Shown piece after piece: positions 17,487 to 27,375 of a DNA stretch of 34,137 nucleotides. The stretch is from Candidatus Saccharimonas sp. (GTDB taxonomy: Bacteria > Patescibacteriota > Saccharimonadia > Saccharimonadales > Saccharimonadaceae), in assembly GCA_039936495.1 (NCBI GenBank), contig JBDTIG010000037.1:1-34137 (forward strand), given 5' to 3'. A program made the position numbers and the translations under genes. The notes under the pieces are model-generated. The model was not told the DNA's origin. It searched no databases and was given only the letters and a program-made list of their open reading frames with translations. The stretch's first letter is position 1. Each line of letters starts with the position of its first letter.

Positions 17487-18749
17487 TTATATAGTATGAT
17501 TTTCATAAAGCGAATACTTGGTGTTATTTTTACTACTCGCTTCAAATATTATTAGCACCACCAGTGTTGCTGCGATGAGTGCCCCAATAATGTTAATCTG
17601 TATTAAAACCTGAGTTGTACTGAGAGATTGATTGACAAGTGCGCCATAGGTGACTAGAGAGGCTGAAGTAATGAAAGCTACGAGTACGACGATATAACGA
17701 TGCATGACTATAAAGTATAGTGTGGCGGCCGTCACTATCAGCATTGTAATTTTAAATATAATCGAAAGGGTACCGATAGCTTGAAGTAGATGTAACGAAT
17801 ATCCTGAGCCAAAGAGTAGGTCTGTAAGTGCGCCCCCACCTACAAGCAAACCCCCAATTGCAACTAGTCCAATGGCTGCGAAGGATCCAATTAGCTTGAG
17901 AAAAGGACGGGTATTCTTATCGAGCGATGATATGTTTATCTGTCCAAGGAACGGCCATATGAGGATCATGCCTGCAAAAAAGACTATTCTACTGACTACA
18001 TAAATATCTGTGTAGAATTTTATATCGGTCGTTTTCATGTTTCGGAGAATAAGTAAGTCGGCGATCTGCGCAACGCTAACTAGCATGATAGAAGCTGCCG
18101 CTAAAGCCGTGTAAATCATGAGTTTTCTGCTTATTAGTCTAGACCCAGCCCATTTGAGAGAGCTTCCTATGTTCGGTAGATCTAGTGACGAGAATAACCT
18201 ATATATAATGAAAATAGTAATCATCTGAGCGATTGTCATAGCCAACATGCTAAGTAGCCCGCTCTGAGTAAGAATCGCGACTATTAGTGCAATGACAAAT
18301 TGGCTTGATGCAGAGATTAACGCTACGAGCCCTAGCTTTGCCATAGCATTTATGCCGTTGAGGTAGCCAGATATTACAGTAACGGGTATCGAGAATAGCA
18401 TCATTAAAACAATAGGCAATACAAACGCGGCAGGTATATGTGCGCCTTTTGTGATGAAAGGTGACAATACTAAGAAGACTGTTGCGAGCACGAGGAAGGC
18501 CTTGAAAAGAAATGATTGGAGCGCCTGAATTTTTTCTTTAGTGTTCGGACTCTCTCTTTTCGATATCCCTACGGTTATCGCTATGATAGACGAAAGAAAA
18601 GTCGATATTTGCGTGAACAATGAAAGTGCAACAGTTATGTCTACATACTCGTATGACGGCAGCACTCGACTCATTATCGGATAGATAATATAATTTAGGC
18701 CTGATGCAATTACACTGAATAGTATAAACAGGCGCGTATTTCTTTTCAT
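17487..18749 (-). CDS. Polytopic membrane protein, probable Wzx/MOP-family flippase
   Basis: 420 aa with about 12 hydrophobic segments; N-terminal LNY...MSRVLP.EY pattern; glycan-locus context. Confidence 0.65.
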   Translation of the reverse strand: MKRNTRLFILFSVIASGLNYIIYPIMSRVLPSYEYVDITVALSLFTQISTFLSSIIAITVGISKRESPNTKEKIQALQSFLFKAFLVLATVFLVLSPFITKGAHIPAAFVLPIVLMMLFSIPVTVISGYLNGINAMAKLGLVALISASSQFVIALIVAILTQSGLLSMLAMTIAQMITIFIIYRLFSSLDLPNIGSSLKWAGSRLISRKLMIYTALAAASIMLVSVAQIADLLILRNMKTTDIKFYTDIYVVSRIVFFAGMILIWPFLGQINISSLDKNTRPFLKLIGSFAAIGLVAIGGLLVGGGALTDLLFGSGYSLHLLQAIGTLSIIFKITMLIVTAATLYFIVMHRYIVVLVAFITSASLVTYGALVNQSLSTTQVLIQINIIGALIAATLVVLIIFEASSKNNTKYSLYENHTI

Positions 18750-19579
18750 ACTTTTGGCCTGGAGATCGAAGATATAATGTATCCGATTCCGCCAAAGCCA
18801 AATTCACAGGTCTTCATGAACAACATACCAACTCCGAGAATAGGATTGCGCAGTAATCTTTTTGGATTGGAGAAGAACAAACTATACCGCCCAAGGATGT
18901 TGGTTTGCTGTGTCACGTTCTTGGAATTATAGGGAGTTGTTACATAGGATTTGAATAATTTTGCGTAATAGAACTTCTTTTTGATAGTTTTGATTAGCGA
19001 GATACGACCCTCATTATGATGAATGATTGCATCTGTTCGATCGATACCTCCAAGCGATTCGATTCGTTGAGATAAGTCCCAGTCTTCACCGCTAACCATG
19101 TCTGAGTTGTACCCACCAAGCTTCAGAAAATCTCTCTTATAAAAAAATCGAGCAGCTTCCATATAGGGGACACCAACGTAGAAGCTTCGCTCGAGTTGTT
19201 TGCACCTAGCCCAGAAGCCTTCGCCAAACGATTCCTCGGGTATGACTATTCCTCGCAAGGTTGATATTTCTTGAATCTTCCTTACACACTCCTCGATAAC
19301 TTTCGGGTCTAGATTCATGTCACTGTCTATGATGCATACATATTCCCCTTTCGCTTTTTTGACAGCGAAGTTGCGTTGAGCGCTTCTTTCGGGACCCTCG
19401 CTAAAAAAAATGTCGGTGAAGTCACGCGCAATCTCTGGAGTAGAGTCTGTAGAAAAATTGTCTACAACTATGATTTCAATCGATGTGTAAGTTTGAAGTT
19501 TAATTGACTTTAAGCAGTCGGCAAGCGTCTGGCTAGAATTTCTGGTGGGTATTACCACTGACACGAGAGGTTGATTCAT
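18746..19579 (-). CDS. GT2 glycosyltransferase
   Basis: LVSVVIPTRNS, IVVDNFSTDST, QRN, IDSD, GEDWDL. Start moved to ATG 19579. Confidence 0.92.
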   Translation of the reverse strand: MNQPLVSVVIPTRNSSQTLADCLKSIKLQTYTSIEIIVVDNFSTDSTPEIARDFTDIFFSEGPERSAQRNFAVKKAKGEYVCIIDSDMNLDPKVIEECVRKIQEISTLRGIVIPEESFGEGFWARCKQLERSFYVGVPYMEAARFFYKRDFLKLGGYNSDMVSGEDWDLSQRIESLGGIDRTDAIIHHNEGRISLIKTIKKKFYYAKLFKSYVTTPYNSKNVTQQTNILGRYSLFFSNPKRLLRNPILGVGMLFMKTCEFGFGGIGYIISSISRPKV

Positions 19580-19629
19580 ACCTATAAGTATATCATTGTG
19601 AATACGGTATAGTGTAGAATATACCGTAT

Positions 19630-21837
19630 ATGGATAGAGGTGCAAGGCTCAGAGGTTTGTTCACATATTTGAAAAAGAATTGGTTTCTATTCTTCGCAGT
19701 TGCAATTTATATTTTCTTCTCGGCATACTACATGGGCCCAGGCTTCACTAATTGCGCCGATTCTATATATGGGTTCGGAGATAGTACTGCTGGACCCATA
19801 TGGCGCAATAGCCTAAAGCCCGAGCAGCCATTATTTGGTGGTTATGAAACGAGCACAAACTACCCGTACGGCGAGTCTCTTTATAGCCCTGTGGGCTTTG
19901 CTGCTTCAGTGCAGACTGTGTCGATGAATATTGGCTCTAAGGTTGTCGGACCAATGTGTGCGTATAACCTTTATAATATCGCTGGGTATATTATCACGGC
20001 GATGGTCATGTTCTTGTTTATACTCTATTTGACGAAAAATCGTTGGATAGCCCTGATTGCGGGGTATGCTGTGTCGTTTACTCCATATGTCCAGAGTAAG
20101 GTCGGTGGTCACCCGAACTACGGCTACGCAGGACTTCTGATTGGGCTTCTATGGCTGACGGTCTACACGCTCGAGTCTCGCAAGAAGAAAGGCGCTATCG
20201 CTCTTGGCTCACTACTTGCCCTAAGCGCTTATTTAGACCCATACTTCACTCTTCTGTCTGCAACGGTAGTCGTTCCTACAGCTTTTGCGTGGCTCTGTAT
20301 AAAAGCCGTTCGTGCGAAGAAAGAGAGCAGGAGCTTGAGGGACGAATTGAAAAGAGTCGCGAAGCCCGTGGTGGTTTCAATAATAGCTTTTATTATTGTA
20401 CTTGCACCAATTGGCGCAATGAGAGTACTCGATGCAGGCTCAATCAATCAGACTGTGTCTGCCTCGCGAGGAAATGTTTTTGCAGCCGCAATGCAGTGCA
20501 GCAATATGCCTATAGACTACCTCCTTCCAGACCCAATGAACGTACACCTAGTAGATACTATCGGGCCATCCTATAGCGCTCATAACATTGCTCTTCGCCA
20601 TTGGTGTGGTTCAGGGGAGAGCCGCGTCTCGCTTAGCCTGACCCTCATAGCAGTTATAGTTGTGGCAGGAGGTCTCGCGCTGTACCGGACCGCTCGGCGT
20701 CGCAAGAAGGAACGACTATCGCTTTCATACGATACGCATATTGTTGTTCTTTCGGCCATTTTCGTTGGGCTAGCGGGGCTTATGGTTGGATTGCCGCCTA
20801 AAGTCCACGGTTTAATTATGCCAAGCGGGGTCATCCTTAAAATCACGGAGATGTGGAGGATTTTTGCACGCGAATACCTGGTAGTAAATCTAGCTCTCGT
20901 AGTCGTAGCAGCAATCGCTCTTTACTATCTAGTGCGGCACGTTAAATGGCTTAGAAGTAAAGTGGCAGTAGCACTTCTGCTAGCCGCAGTGTTCGGAGGG
21001 GTTTTGTTTGAGTACCAAATTAATGCTCCGTTTTCGCCTATGACATTTAGCTATGCGCGCGATGTCCCACACGTTTACGAGACTATCAAAGACAACCCCG
21101 ATATACAGGCAATCGCTGAATATCCTATGGACAGGCTTGGTGTGGAGCATGACTCGGTTGTATATTACATGACTATGCAGGCCGTGCATGGCAAGAAGAT
21201 GGTTAATAGCGTTCTCTCTACCGACTCGCGAATGACAACTCATATTGCCCTTAAGGATCTTTCTGCTCCACAGACGATACCGGCGCTACGGTACCTAGGT
21301 GTGCACTACGTTGTTGTTCACGGAGAAAGTGTTAGCGACATCGTAGCTAAGACGAACGGTAACCTAGAACCTATCGAGTCGGATGTATCAAAAGTCTTTG
21401 GATTATCTATAGTTCGGTCAGGCGAGAACAATAGGGTTACTTTATTTAAAATTAAAGACGGCCCTTTGCTGTCGAGTGTTTTGACGATAGAGAAAGGGTT
21501 TGTAGTTAACCTTCCGTTACTGCAATCACCAATCGCAACCGAATACGAAATATTAAACAACGCTGAACTGAAGAGGACACCCCTTAAAGACGTCGATAAC
21601 AGCAAGGCAGCTGTTTGTTTCGACGTTAAGATGTCCGCTATAGGTGACGTTGGCGAACTAACGGTGTACGAGGGCGATAGTATTGTCAGTAAAAGCACTA
21701 TATCGGACGCGTATTCGCAAGTTGTAGTGCCAAATATGGCGGACAATGATACCTTACGAATCACTAATAACAAGGGTTATAATATGAGGCTAAAAAATCT
21801 TTCCGTAGGCTGTTCTCTAGATAGAGTTATCCAATGA
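19630..21837 (+). CDS. Large polytopic membrane protein, GT-C/YfhO-like glycosyltransferase candidate
   Basis: N-terminal TM followed by an acidic loop (GFGD...NYPYGE), many TMs, then a soluble C-terminal domain with EYP...QAVHGKKMVN...LGVHYVVVH. Confidence 0.6.
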   Translation: MDRGARLRGLFTYLKKNWFLFFAVAIYIFFSAYYMGPGFTNCADSIYGFGDSTAGPIWRNSLKPEQPLFGGYETSTNYPYGESLYSPVGFAASVQTVSMNIGSKVVGPMCAYNLYNIAGYIITAMVMFLFILYLTKNRWIALIAGYAVSFTPYVQSKVGGHPNYGYAGLLIGLLWLTVYTLESRKKKGAIALGSLLALSAYLDPYFTLLSATVVVPTAFAWLCIKAVRAKKESRSLRDELKRVAKPVVVSIIAFIIVLAPIGAMRVLDAGSINQTVSASRGNVFAAAMQCSNMPIDYLLPDPMNVHLVDTIGPSYSAHNIALRHWCGSGESRVSLSLTLIAVIVVAGGLALYRTARRRKKERLSLSYDTHIVVLSAIFVGLAGLMVGLPPKVHGLIMPSGVILKITEMWRIFAREYLVVNLALVVVAAIALYYLVRHVKWLRSKVAVALLLAAVFGGVLFEYQINAPFSPMTFSYARDVPHVYETIKDNPDIQAIAEYPMDRLGVEHDSVVYYMTMQAVHGKKMVNSVLSTDSRMTTHIALKDLSAPQTIPALRYLGVHYVVVHGESVSDIVAKTNGNLEPIESDVSKVFGLSIVRSGENNRVTLFKIKDGPLLSSVLTIEKGFVVNLPLLQSPIATEYEILNNAELKRTPLKDVDNSKAAVCFDVKMSAIGDVGELTVYEGDSIVSKSTISDAYSQVVVPNMADNDTLRITNNKGYNMRLKNLSVGCSLDRVIQ

Positions 21838-23126
21838 AGTGGATAGATATAACAGACATGCTAGCGTGGAGTGGTTACTACACTGGGATACAACGCGTTA
21901 CATATGAGTATGCCAAGAGGTTCAACGGAAATGGGGCTAAGTTCTTTCTGTATGACACCGTCGATGACAGGTTTGTTGAGGTCTCGTTTGATAGGCTTAC
22001 AGAAATTGACGTTCCAACCATCTCGACCGAGCACGGTAGCATATCGAGGCGCAAGAAGTTACGTAATATACTTGGTGCTCCGTACTACCGATTGTCACTT
22101 GAATCTCAAGCCGCTTTGCGCCCATACGTTGATGCAGCCAACTATACTGTTCGGTTAGGTATGGACAGAGTGGCTAGGCTAAAAAAGGCGCATAACGTCG
22201 ATATTTCGGTATACTCGCCGTTGCCGACCGCCAAGATGAGCAAGGGCGACACCGTTGTAATGATTGGCGCGGCGTGGAATGATCATCGCGTGCTAGACGC
22301 TGTAATTAAGCGAAAGAAACAGGTCGGTTTTCGGATTAGCCAGCATATTAACGACATACTTCCGATATATCAGCCTCAGCTTTTCGCGGATGAGCTTCCA
22401 CTAGTATTCAACCCTTATGTAGAAAATGTCGTGAAGAATGCGGACATCATTACTGTCATATCTGAAGCAACGAAGAGAGACCTCTCAATATACTGCAGCG
22501 AGAGGCATATAGAGCCTCCTCTTATTGAAGTCTTGAGGCTTGGTGATAACCCAGAGATTAGGGGTGTGGCAACAAGGCCCGAGGGCGTTCATGTGAATGA
22601 GTATATTCTGGCTGTGGGTACATTTGAGGTCCGCAAGAATTACATACTGCTCTATCAGGCATATAAGCTGGCGCAAATAGAAGTGCGTAAGATACCACCT
22701 TTAATCATTGTTGGGCGAAAGGGCTGGTTGTCTTCTGATATACGGCACATGCTAGAGAGAGATCCGTTTGCAAAAGAGAATATAGTATGGCTGAGCGACG
22801 TTAGCGATGAAGAAGTGAAGTGGCTATACCAGAATTGTTTATTTACTGTTTTTCCATCCATCGCTGAGGGGTGGGGGCTGCCAGTCGCAGAATCACTACA
22901 GAACGGAAAGTTTTGCTTATCGTCTGGAGTGTCTTCGATGCTAGAAATAGGTAATGGACTCGTTGATTATTTTCTACCATACGATGCGCGCGAGTGTATG
23001 GAGAAAATCCTCTATTATTATGAAGAGGATCGATATATAGCTAAGAATAAAAAAGTTTTAGAAAAGTACACCACTTTCACGTGGGACGATTCGTACAGCC
23101 AGCTTAATTCTATACTAAAAGGTTGA
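21834..23126 (+). CDS. GT4 glycosyltransferase
   Basis: DIT...TGIQRV, DILP, VGTFEVRKN, FPSIAEGWGLPVAES. Confidence 0.92.
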   Translation: MKWIDITDMLAWSGYYTGIQRVTYEYAKRFNGNGAKFFLYDTVDDRFVEVSFDRLTEIDVPTISTEHGSISRRKKLRNILGAPYYRLSLESQAALRPYVDAANYTVRLGMDRVARLKKAHNVDISVYSPLPTAKMSKGDTVVMIGAAWNDHRVLDAVIKRKKQVGFRISQHINDILPIYQPQLFADELPLVFNPYVENVVKNADIITVISEATKRDLSIYCSERHIEPPLIEVLRLGDNPEIRGVATRPEGVHVNEYILAVGTFEVRKNYILLYQAYKLAQIEVRKIPPLIIVGRKGWLSSDIRHMLERDPFAKENIVWLSDVSDEEVKWLYQNCLFTVFPSIAEGWGLPVAESLQNGKFCLSSGVSSMLEIGNGLVDYFLPYDARECMEKILYYYEEDRYIAKNKKVLEKYTTFTWDDSYSQLNSILKG

Positions 23127-23158
23127 GAATAATAACCTGTGGCTGCTAAAAATGTTAG

Positions 23159-25621
23159 CTATTGAACACTTAGGTTGTAATTGAAGTTGATATTTGTCAT
23201 CCATGCGCGTCGCTCGCTCAATAGATTGTAGTATTCCCTGTAATTTCCGGCTGTTGCAGGCGCCTTTATCCAGAACTCAAATGTTCCAACCTGCCCAGGT
23301 GCAACTGACACTTCTTTCATAAGAGCAGGACGCGTGCAACTCAGCCAACGTTGTTCGCAGAAAGTTCCGGAATGATCATTCGTATTTGACGTACCTACTC
23401 GTACGGGGTATGTGCCCGAGTTGGTCCACGTAACAGTTCCGGTATTTTTTGCGGTAAATCCGACATAAACCGCCTCATTTGGAGAGAGGCCGCCTAATCC
23501 TATGGGTACCGTCTTGGTGGCGTCTGTATACGCATATTGGGAAGCAAGACTCCAGGAGTAGACGGCTTTAACTACACGGATACGATAATTTAGTCCGATA
23601 TCAGGCATCCACGCGATACCTTCGGCAACAGGCGTGAAGTATTCGAGATAGTTAGAGTCTTGCCATGTTAACGGTGCGTTCATCCAGAATTCGAATGTTG
23701 CATTCTGTCCAGGTGCAACTGACGCTTCACTCATGCGTGCCGGTCTAGATTGGCCTATCCATGAGTCGTCAAAGAATACACTCAATCTATCGGTTGCACG
23801 AGTAGTGCCAAGGTCTACGGGGTTTGATCCCGTATTAGTCCAAATTACATTTCCAGTATTCTTTATGACTAGGCTAACAAACTTTCGTTGTGTGGGCTCC
23901 ATGCTGTCGAGACCGGTGGCTGCTGACTTTGTATTGTCTACGTAAGCTGCTTGCCCCACAAGACTCCATGTGTAAACGGCTGGATTTACGCTTATGCTGT
24001 AATTTAGTCCGAGATCAGGCATCCAAGTTAATCCTTCGGCGAGAGGAGTAAAGGACTCTAGATAATTGCCGCCTTGGGTAGTGATCGGTGCCTTTATCCA
24101 GAATTCGAATGTTGCATTCTGCCCGGGCGCCACCGACGCCTCTTTCATTCGTGCGGGTCGAGAGGTGCTAAGCCATGTAGCGTCGTAGAACGGACTTGTT
24201 CGGTCGGTCGGCCTGGTCAGGCCGATATTAATTGGATTAACTCCTGTATTAGTCCAGGGTACATTACCCGTATTCTTGATAACTAAACTGATATATTTTC
24301 TCTCACCTGGTGCCATGCTACTAAGCCCCGTTGAACTGGTCTTTGAGTCATCTGTGTAAGCTGCCTGGCCAACGATATTCCAGGTGTAAACCGGGGGTGA
24401 TACGCGAAGCCCGAAATTCATTCCGTAATCCTGCATCCATGTGATTCCCTCTGCGAGCGGAGCGAAGTATTCCGAAAAATTAGTCCCGGTTGATACTTGA
24501 GGTGCCTTTATCCAGAACTCAAATGTTCCAACTTCTCCAGGTGCAACACTCGCTTCTTTTAGATTCGCAGGCCTGCCGAGTCCAACCCAGCTTGGGTCGT
24601 AGAAAGGACTGCTACGATTATAGTCTCGAACTGTACCCGCTCTTATGGGGTTGTTGCCGGTGTTTGTCCAAGTCATATTGCCGGTGTTTCTGGCACTGAA
24701 GCCTATGAATATCCTCTGGCCAGGCATTAGTGTCGATAGGTTTGCGGGAGTATTTTTTGAAGAATCGGTGTAGGCGTATTGGCCAGCAAATGACCAGGAA
24801 TAATTTGGTGACTGAGTTGGTCCAAACCAGTCATTGAAATATAGCCAGAAGTTACGGTTTCCATATGCACCACAGCCGTCGCCCATGCCATAGCCGGCAT
24901 TGAGAGCGGATGGATTTGGTTGGTAGGGAGTGTAATCGTAGAGAGCAGCCGTTGACCAATTCTGGATATTGACAGTTGAGCCACCACAGCCTGCATTCGG
25001 GCTCCACTGGATATAGTTATTGCCGACGACATATGGTGAGTACCATGTTGGGCTTTGGTTGAGGATGGCACGATACATCTTGGCCGTCCACGTAATCTGA
25101 TTTGTGAACCCATAATACGCGCTATTACAATTTGCTGAATTGTTTGGTCCGCTGTCAGGGCAGCCGTAGCCAGTTGCTGTCTTGTACTGGCTAGGGAGTG
25201 GCCAGTAATCTGTTACGAGACTTGCTTCTTTTTGAAGTGTGACTATTAGCACCTGCGGGTTAATCTGATACTGCTGCGATAGATTGTAAAGAAGTTGAGC
25301 AACGGTAACTCCGTTCTCGGTGTAATCTTTCAGGCATGTGTATGGAGGAGCAGACCATCCACGCGCGGCTGCATATTGTGCATGAGTTAGGTCAGAACGG
25401 CCGAAGTCAGAGGCGGGCATTGTGCCGTTCGTATCACACGTAGGCACTTTGCTGTTTAGAAAAGTCTGGATTTGCTCAGCGGACATCGCCGAAGCGTTTT
25501 CCATAACACCATCGTCAATGATGCGACCTGGGTCGAAAGACGCTGCGTAGGCTTGGTGCGAGCCTAGGATAGAGAGGCCGATTATGATAGGAAACGCCAG
25601 TAGCGCGAAGAGGCGTTTCAT
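23159..25621 (-). CDS. Secreted surface protein: 'hemagglutinin'/lysozyme-like N-domain plus four Ig-like repeats
   Basis: Signal peptide ending AYA-A; FDPGRIIDD...INPQVLIVTLQKE...ATGYGCPD...YYGFTNQ...LYDYTP; repeats contain KNTGN..W and VAPG....FEF. Confidence 0.75.
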   Translation of the reverse strand: MKRLFALLAFPIIIGLSILGSHQAYAASFDPGRIIDDGVMENASAMSAEQIQTFLNSKVPTCDTNGTMPASDFGRSDLTHAQYAAARGWSAPPYTCLKDYTENGVTVAQLLYNLSQQYQINPQVLIVTLQKEASLVTDYWPLPSQYKTATGYGCPDSGPNNSANCNSAYYGFTNQITWTAKMYRAILNQSPTWYSPYVVGNNYIQWSPNAGCGGSTVNIQNWSTAALYDYTPYQPNPSALNAGYGMGDGCGAYGNRNFWLYFNDWFGPTQSPNYSWSFAGQYAYTDSSKNTPANLSTLMPGQRIFIGFSARNTGNMTWTNTGNNPIRAGTVRDYNRSSPFYDPSWVGLGRPANLKEASVAPGEVGTFEFWIKAPQVSTGTNFSEYFAPLAEGITWMQDYGMNFGLRVSPPVYTWNIVGQAAYTDDSKTSSTGLSSMAPGERKYISLVIKNTGNVPWTNTGVNPINIGLTRPTDRTSPFYDATWLSTSRPARMKEASVAPGQNATFEFWIKAPITTQGGNYLESFTPLAEGLTWMPDLGLNYSISVNPAVYTWSLVGQAAYVDNTKSAATGLDSMEPTQRKFVSLVIKNTGNVIWTNTGSNPVDLGTTRATDRLSVFFDDSWIGQSRPARMSEASVAPGQNATFEFWMNAPLTWQDSNYLEYFTPVAEGIAWMPDIGLNYRIRVVKAVYSWSLASQYAYTDATKTVPIGLGGLSPNEAVYVGFTAKNTGTVTWTNSGTYPVRVGTSNTNDHSGTFCEQRWLSCTRPALMKEVSVAPGQVGTFEFWIKAPATAGNYREYYNLLSERRAWMTNINFNYNLSVQ
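23162..24802 (-). repeat. Four intragenic tandem repeats with a 414-bp (138-aa) period
   Basis: Y(S/T)W...Q.AY.D units begin at 24802, 24388, 23974 and 23560, exactly 414 bp apart. Confidence 0.92.
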
Positions 25622-26190
25622 TAGAGAGTGACTTCCTGCGACACTGACCCCGAGTCCGTGCCATCGACAAAGTTGATCTTAATTTGCCATTTGCCATGTG
25701 CCAGGCCGGACAGTGGAACATTGAAGCCTTTGCAGGTCGAAGAGCTAGGCATCGCTTGAACTTCAGCAGTAGCAGTATATGAACCCCCGTTTGGCCCTGA
25801 CATCGTCAGTGTGCAGCTACCTGTAGATGTAACCTTCTGGATAAGCGTGTGTATGACAAGAGCACCATTGGACGTGTCGGTATTAGTGATAGATATGTCT
25901 ACAGTTGGTGACTGTGTCGAGGATCCTGGAGGTAAGTTTGTATCTTGTGATCCCGACTTTGCTTGGTCGGCGATTTTTTCTTTGATGACGTTGCCAGCTT
26001 TGACTTGGTCAGGTTTAGGAGGCTCGTTGTTTATGGTATTAGTTGGGGTGGCTGTATTGGTGGGAGGAAGGAAGGGCCAGTTTTGAAAATGATATGCGCT
26101 ATAGAGCCAAACAAGTACGCCAACAGCTAGCACTGCTATGAGCGAAAGGAGGAGTTTCTTGTTTAATTTGCGTCGAGTTTGTATGATCAT
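25621..26190 (-). CDS. Membrane-anchored hypothetical protein with P/T linker and small beta-rich domain
   Basis: Basic N-terminus, one TM helix, low-complexity linker, two Cys and LAHGKWQIKI; coupled to the surface-protein gene. Confidence 0.75.
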   Translation of the reverse strand: MIIQTRRKLNKKLLLSLIAVLAVGVLVWLYSAYHFQNWPFLPPTNTATPTNTINNEPPKPDQVKAGNVIKEKIADQAKSGSQDTNLPPGSSTQSPTVDISITNTDTSNGALVIHTLIQKVTSTGSCTLTMSGPNGGSYTATAEVQAMPSSSTCKGFNVPLSGLAHGKWQIKINFVDGTDSGSVSQEVTL

Positions 26191-26324
26191 ACTACCAACT
26201 GTTTATTTTATCTTTAACTAATAGCTATTAAACCACATTATGATAACATATTGCAATACCGGCTGTGCTTATCACAACATATATTTACCAGCTTAAACCA
26301 CGATGTTGAGGTATAATGTAACTT

Positions 26325-27371
26325 ATGATTACCGTTATTATCGCAGGAGGGTCTGGTACGCGATTGTGGCCGCTCTCGACACCTCGTAGACCAAAACAAT
26401 TACTAGTACTTACTGGTGAACGAACAATGGTACAGCAGGCGTATGATCGTGCTGCAGTGCTCGGCGGTGCAGTGTATGTCGTTACAGAGGCCAGTCATTC
26501 AGAATCTCTACGTGCACAGTTGCCGGAACTTGAAGATGGTGCATTTCTCATCGAGCCGGGTCGTCGTGGCACAGCGAGCTGTATATTGTTCGCACTCGAC
26601 TACATCTCAAGGTTTCATGATACGAGTGAACCGATTGCATTTATACACGCTGATCACAATATTCGCGACGTGAAAGGCTTTGCGCGTTCTTTTGAAGTAG
26701 CTGCGAAGGTGTCACTAGAGAATAATGAGATTACTATGATCGGCATAGAGCCTACATTTCCTGCAACAGGATTTGGATATATAGAGCGAGACGGTGAACT
26801 CGATGCTGGAAGTGGCGTCTATAACGTAGAATCTTTCAAAGAGAAGCCCGATTTCGAGACGGCACGCCAGTACATGGAATCGGGTAATTATCTCTGGAAT
26901 TGTGGGTACTTCGTTGGCTCGGCAGATACATTCTTGAATGAAATCAACCAGAGTGCGCCAGATTTGAAAGAAACATATGATTTGTTGTCTGGAATTGAGG
27001 AACATGGCAGTGAGGCTTATAATCAGGCCTACTTGGGGCTCGAGAATAAGGTTATTGACATTGCACTGATAGAGAAGGCCCGCAGTTTAGCTGTGGTGTC
27101 TGCCGGATTTGACTGGATGGACGTCGGTAACTTTAAAGATCTTCACGATGTCGTGCCGAAGGACCAAGGTGGAAATTACACCAAGGGTGAGAACATCCAC
27201 ACTATTGAAGTTGAGAACGTGTATATTCGTAATGAGGAGCCAGATAAGCCTATAGCTGTCATAGGCCTAGATAACGTTGTTGTCGTAAATACACCAGACG
27301 GTATATTAGTAGCTCGCAAAGACATGAGTTATCGAACCGGCGAGGTTGCTAAGAAGCTACAGGGCAGGTAG
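26325..27371 (+). CDS. manC: Mannose-1-phosphate guanylyltransferase
   Basis: IAGGSGTRLWPLS...PKQ, EP..RGTA, ADH, TGFGYI, FKEKP, WNCG, WMDVG. Confidence 0.94.
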   Translation: MITVIIAGGSGTRLWPLSTPRRPKQLLVLTGERTMVQQAYDRAAVLGGAVYVVTEASHSESLRAQLPELEDGAFLIEPGRRGTASCILFALDYISRFHDTSEPIAFIHADHNIRDVKGFARSFEVAAKVSLENNEITMIGIEPTFPATGFGYIERDGELDAGSGVYNVESFKEKPDFETARQYMESGNYLWNCGYFVGSADTFLNEINQSAPDLKETYDLLSGIEEHGSEAYNQAYLGLENKVIDIALIEKARSLAVVSAGFDWMDVGNFKDLHDVVPKDQGGNYTKGENIHTIEVENVYIRNEEPDKPIAVIGLDNVVVVNTPDGILVARKDMSYRTGEVAKKLQGR

Positions 27372-27375
27372 TTCG

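Noticed and set aside
23162-24802. Recurring DNA motifs as a CRISPR array or DGR template/variable repeats
   Set aside because: The period is 414 bp within an open frame, differences are not adenine-restricted, and no cas or reverse transcriptase gene is present.
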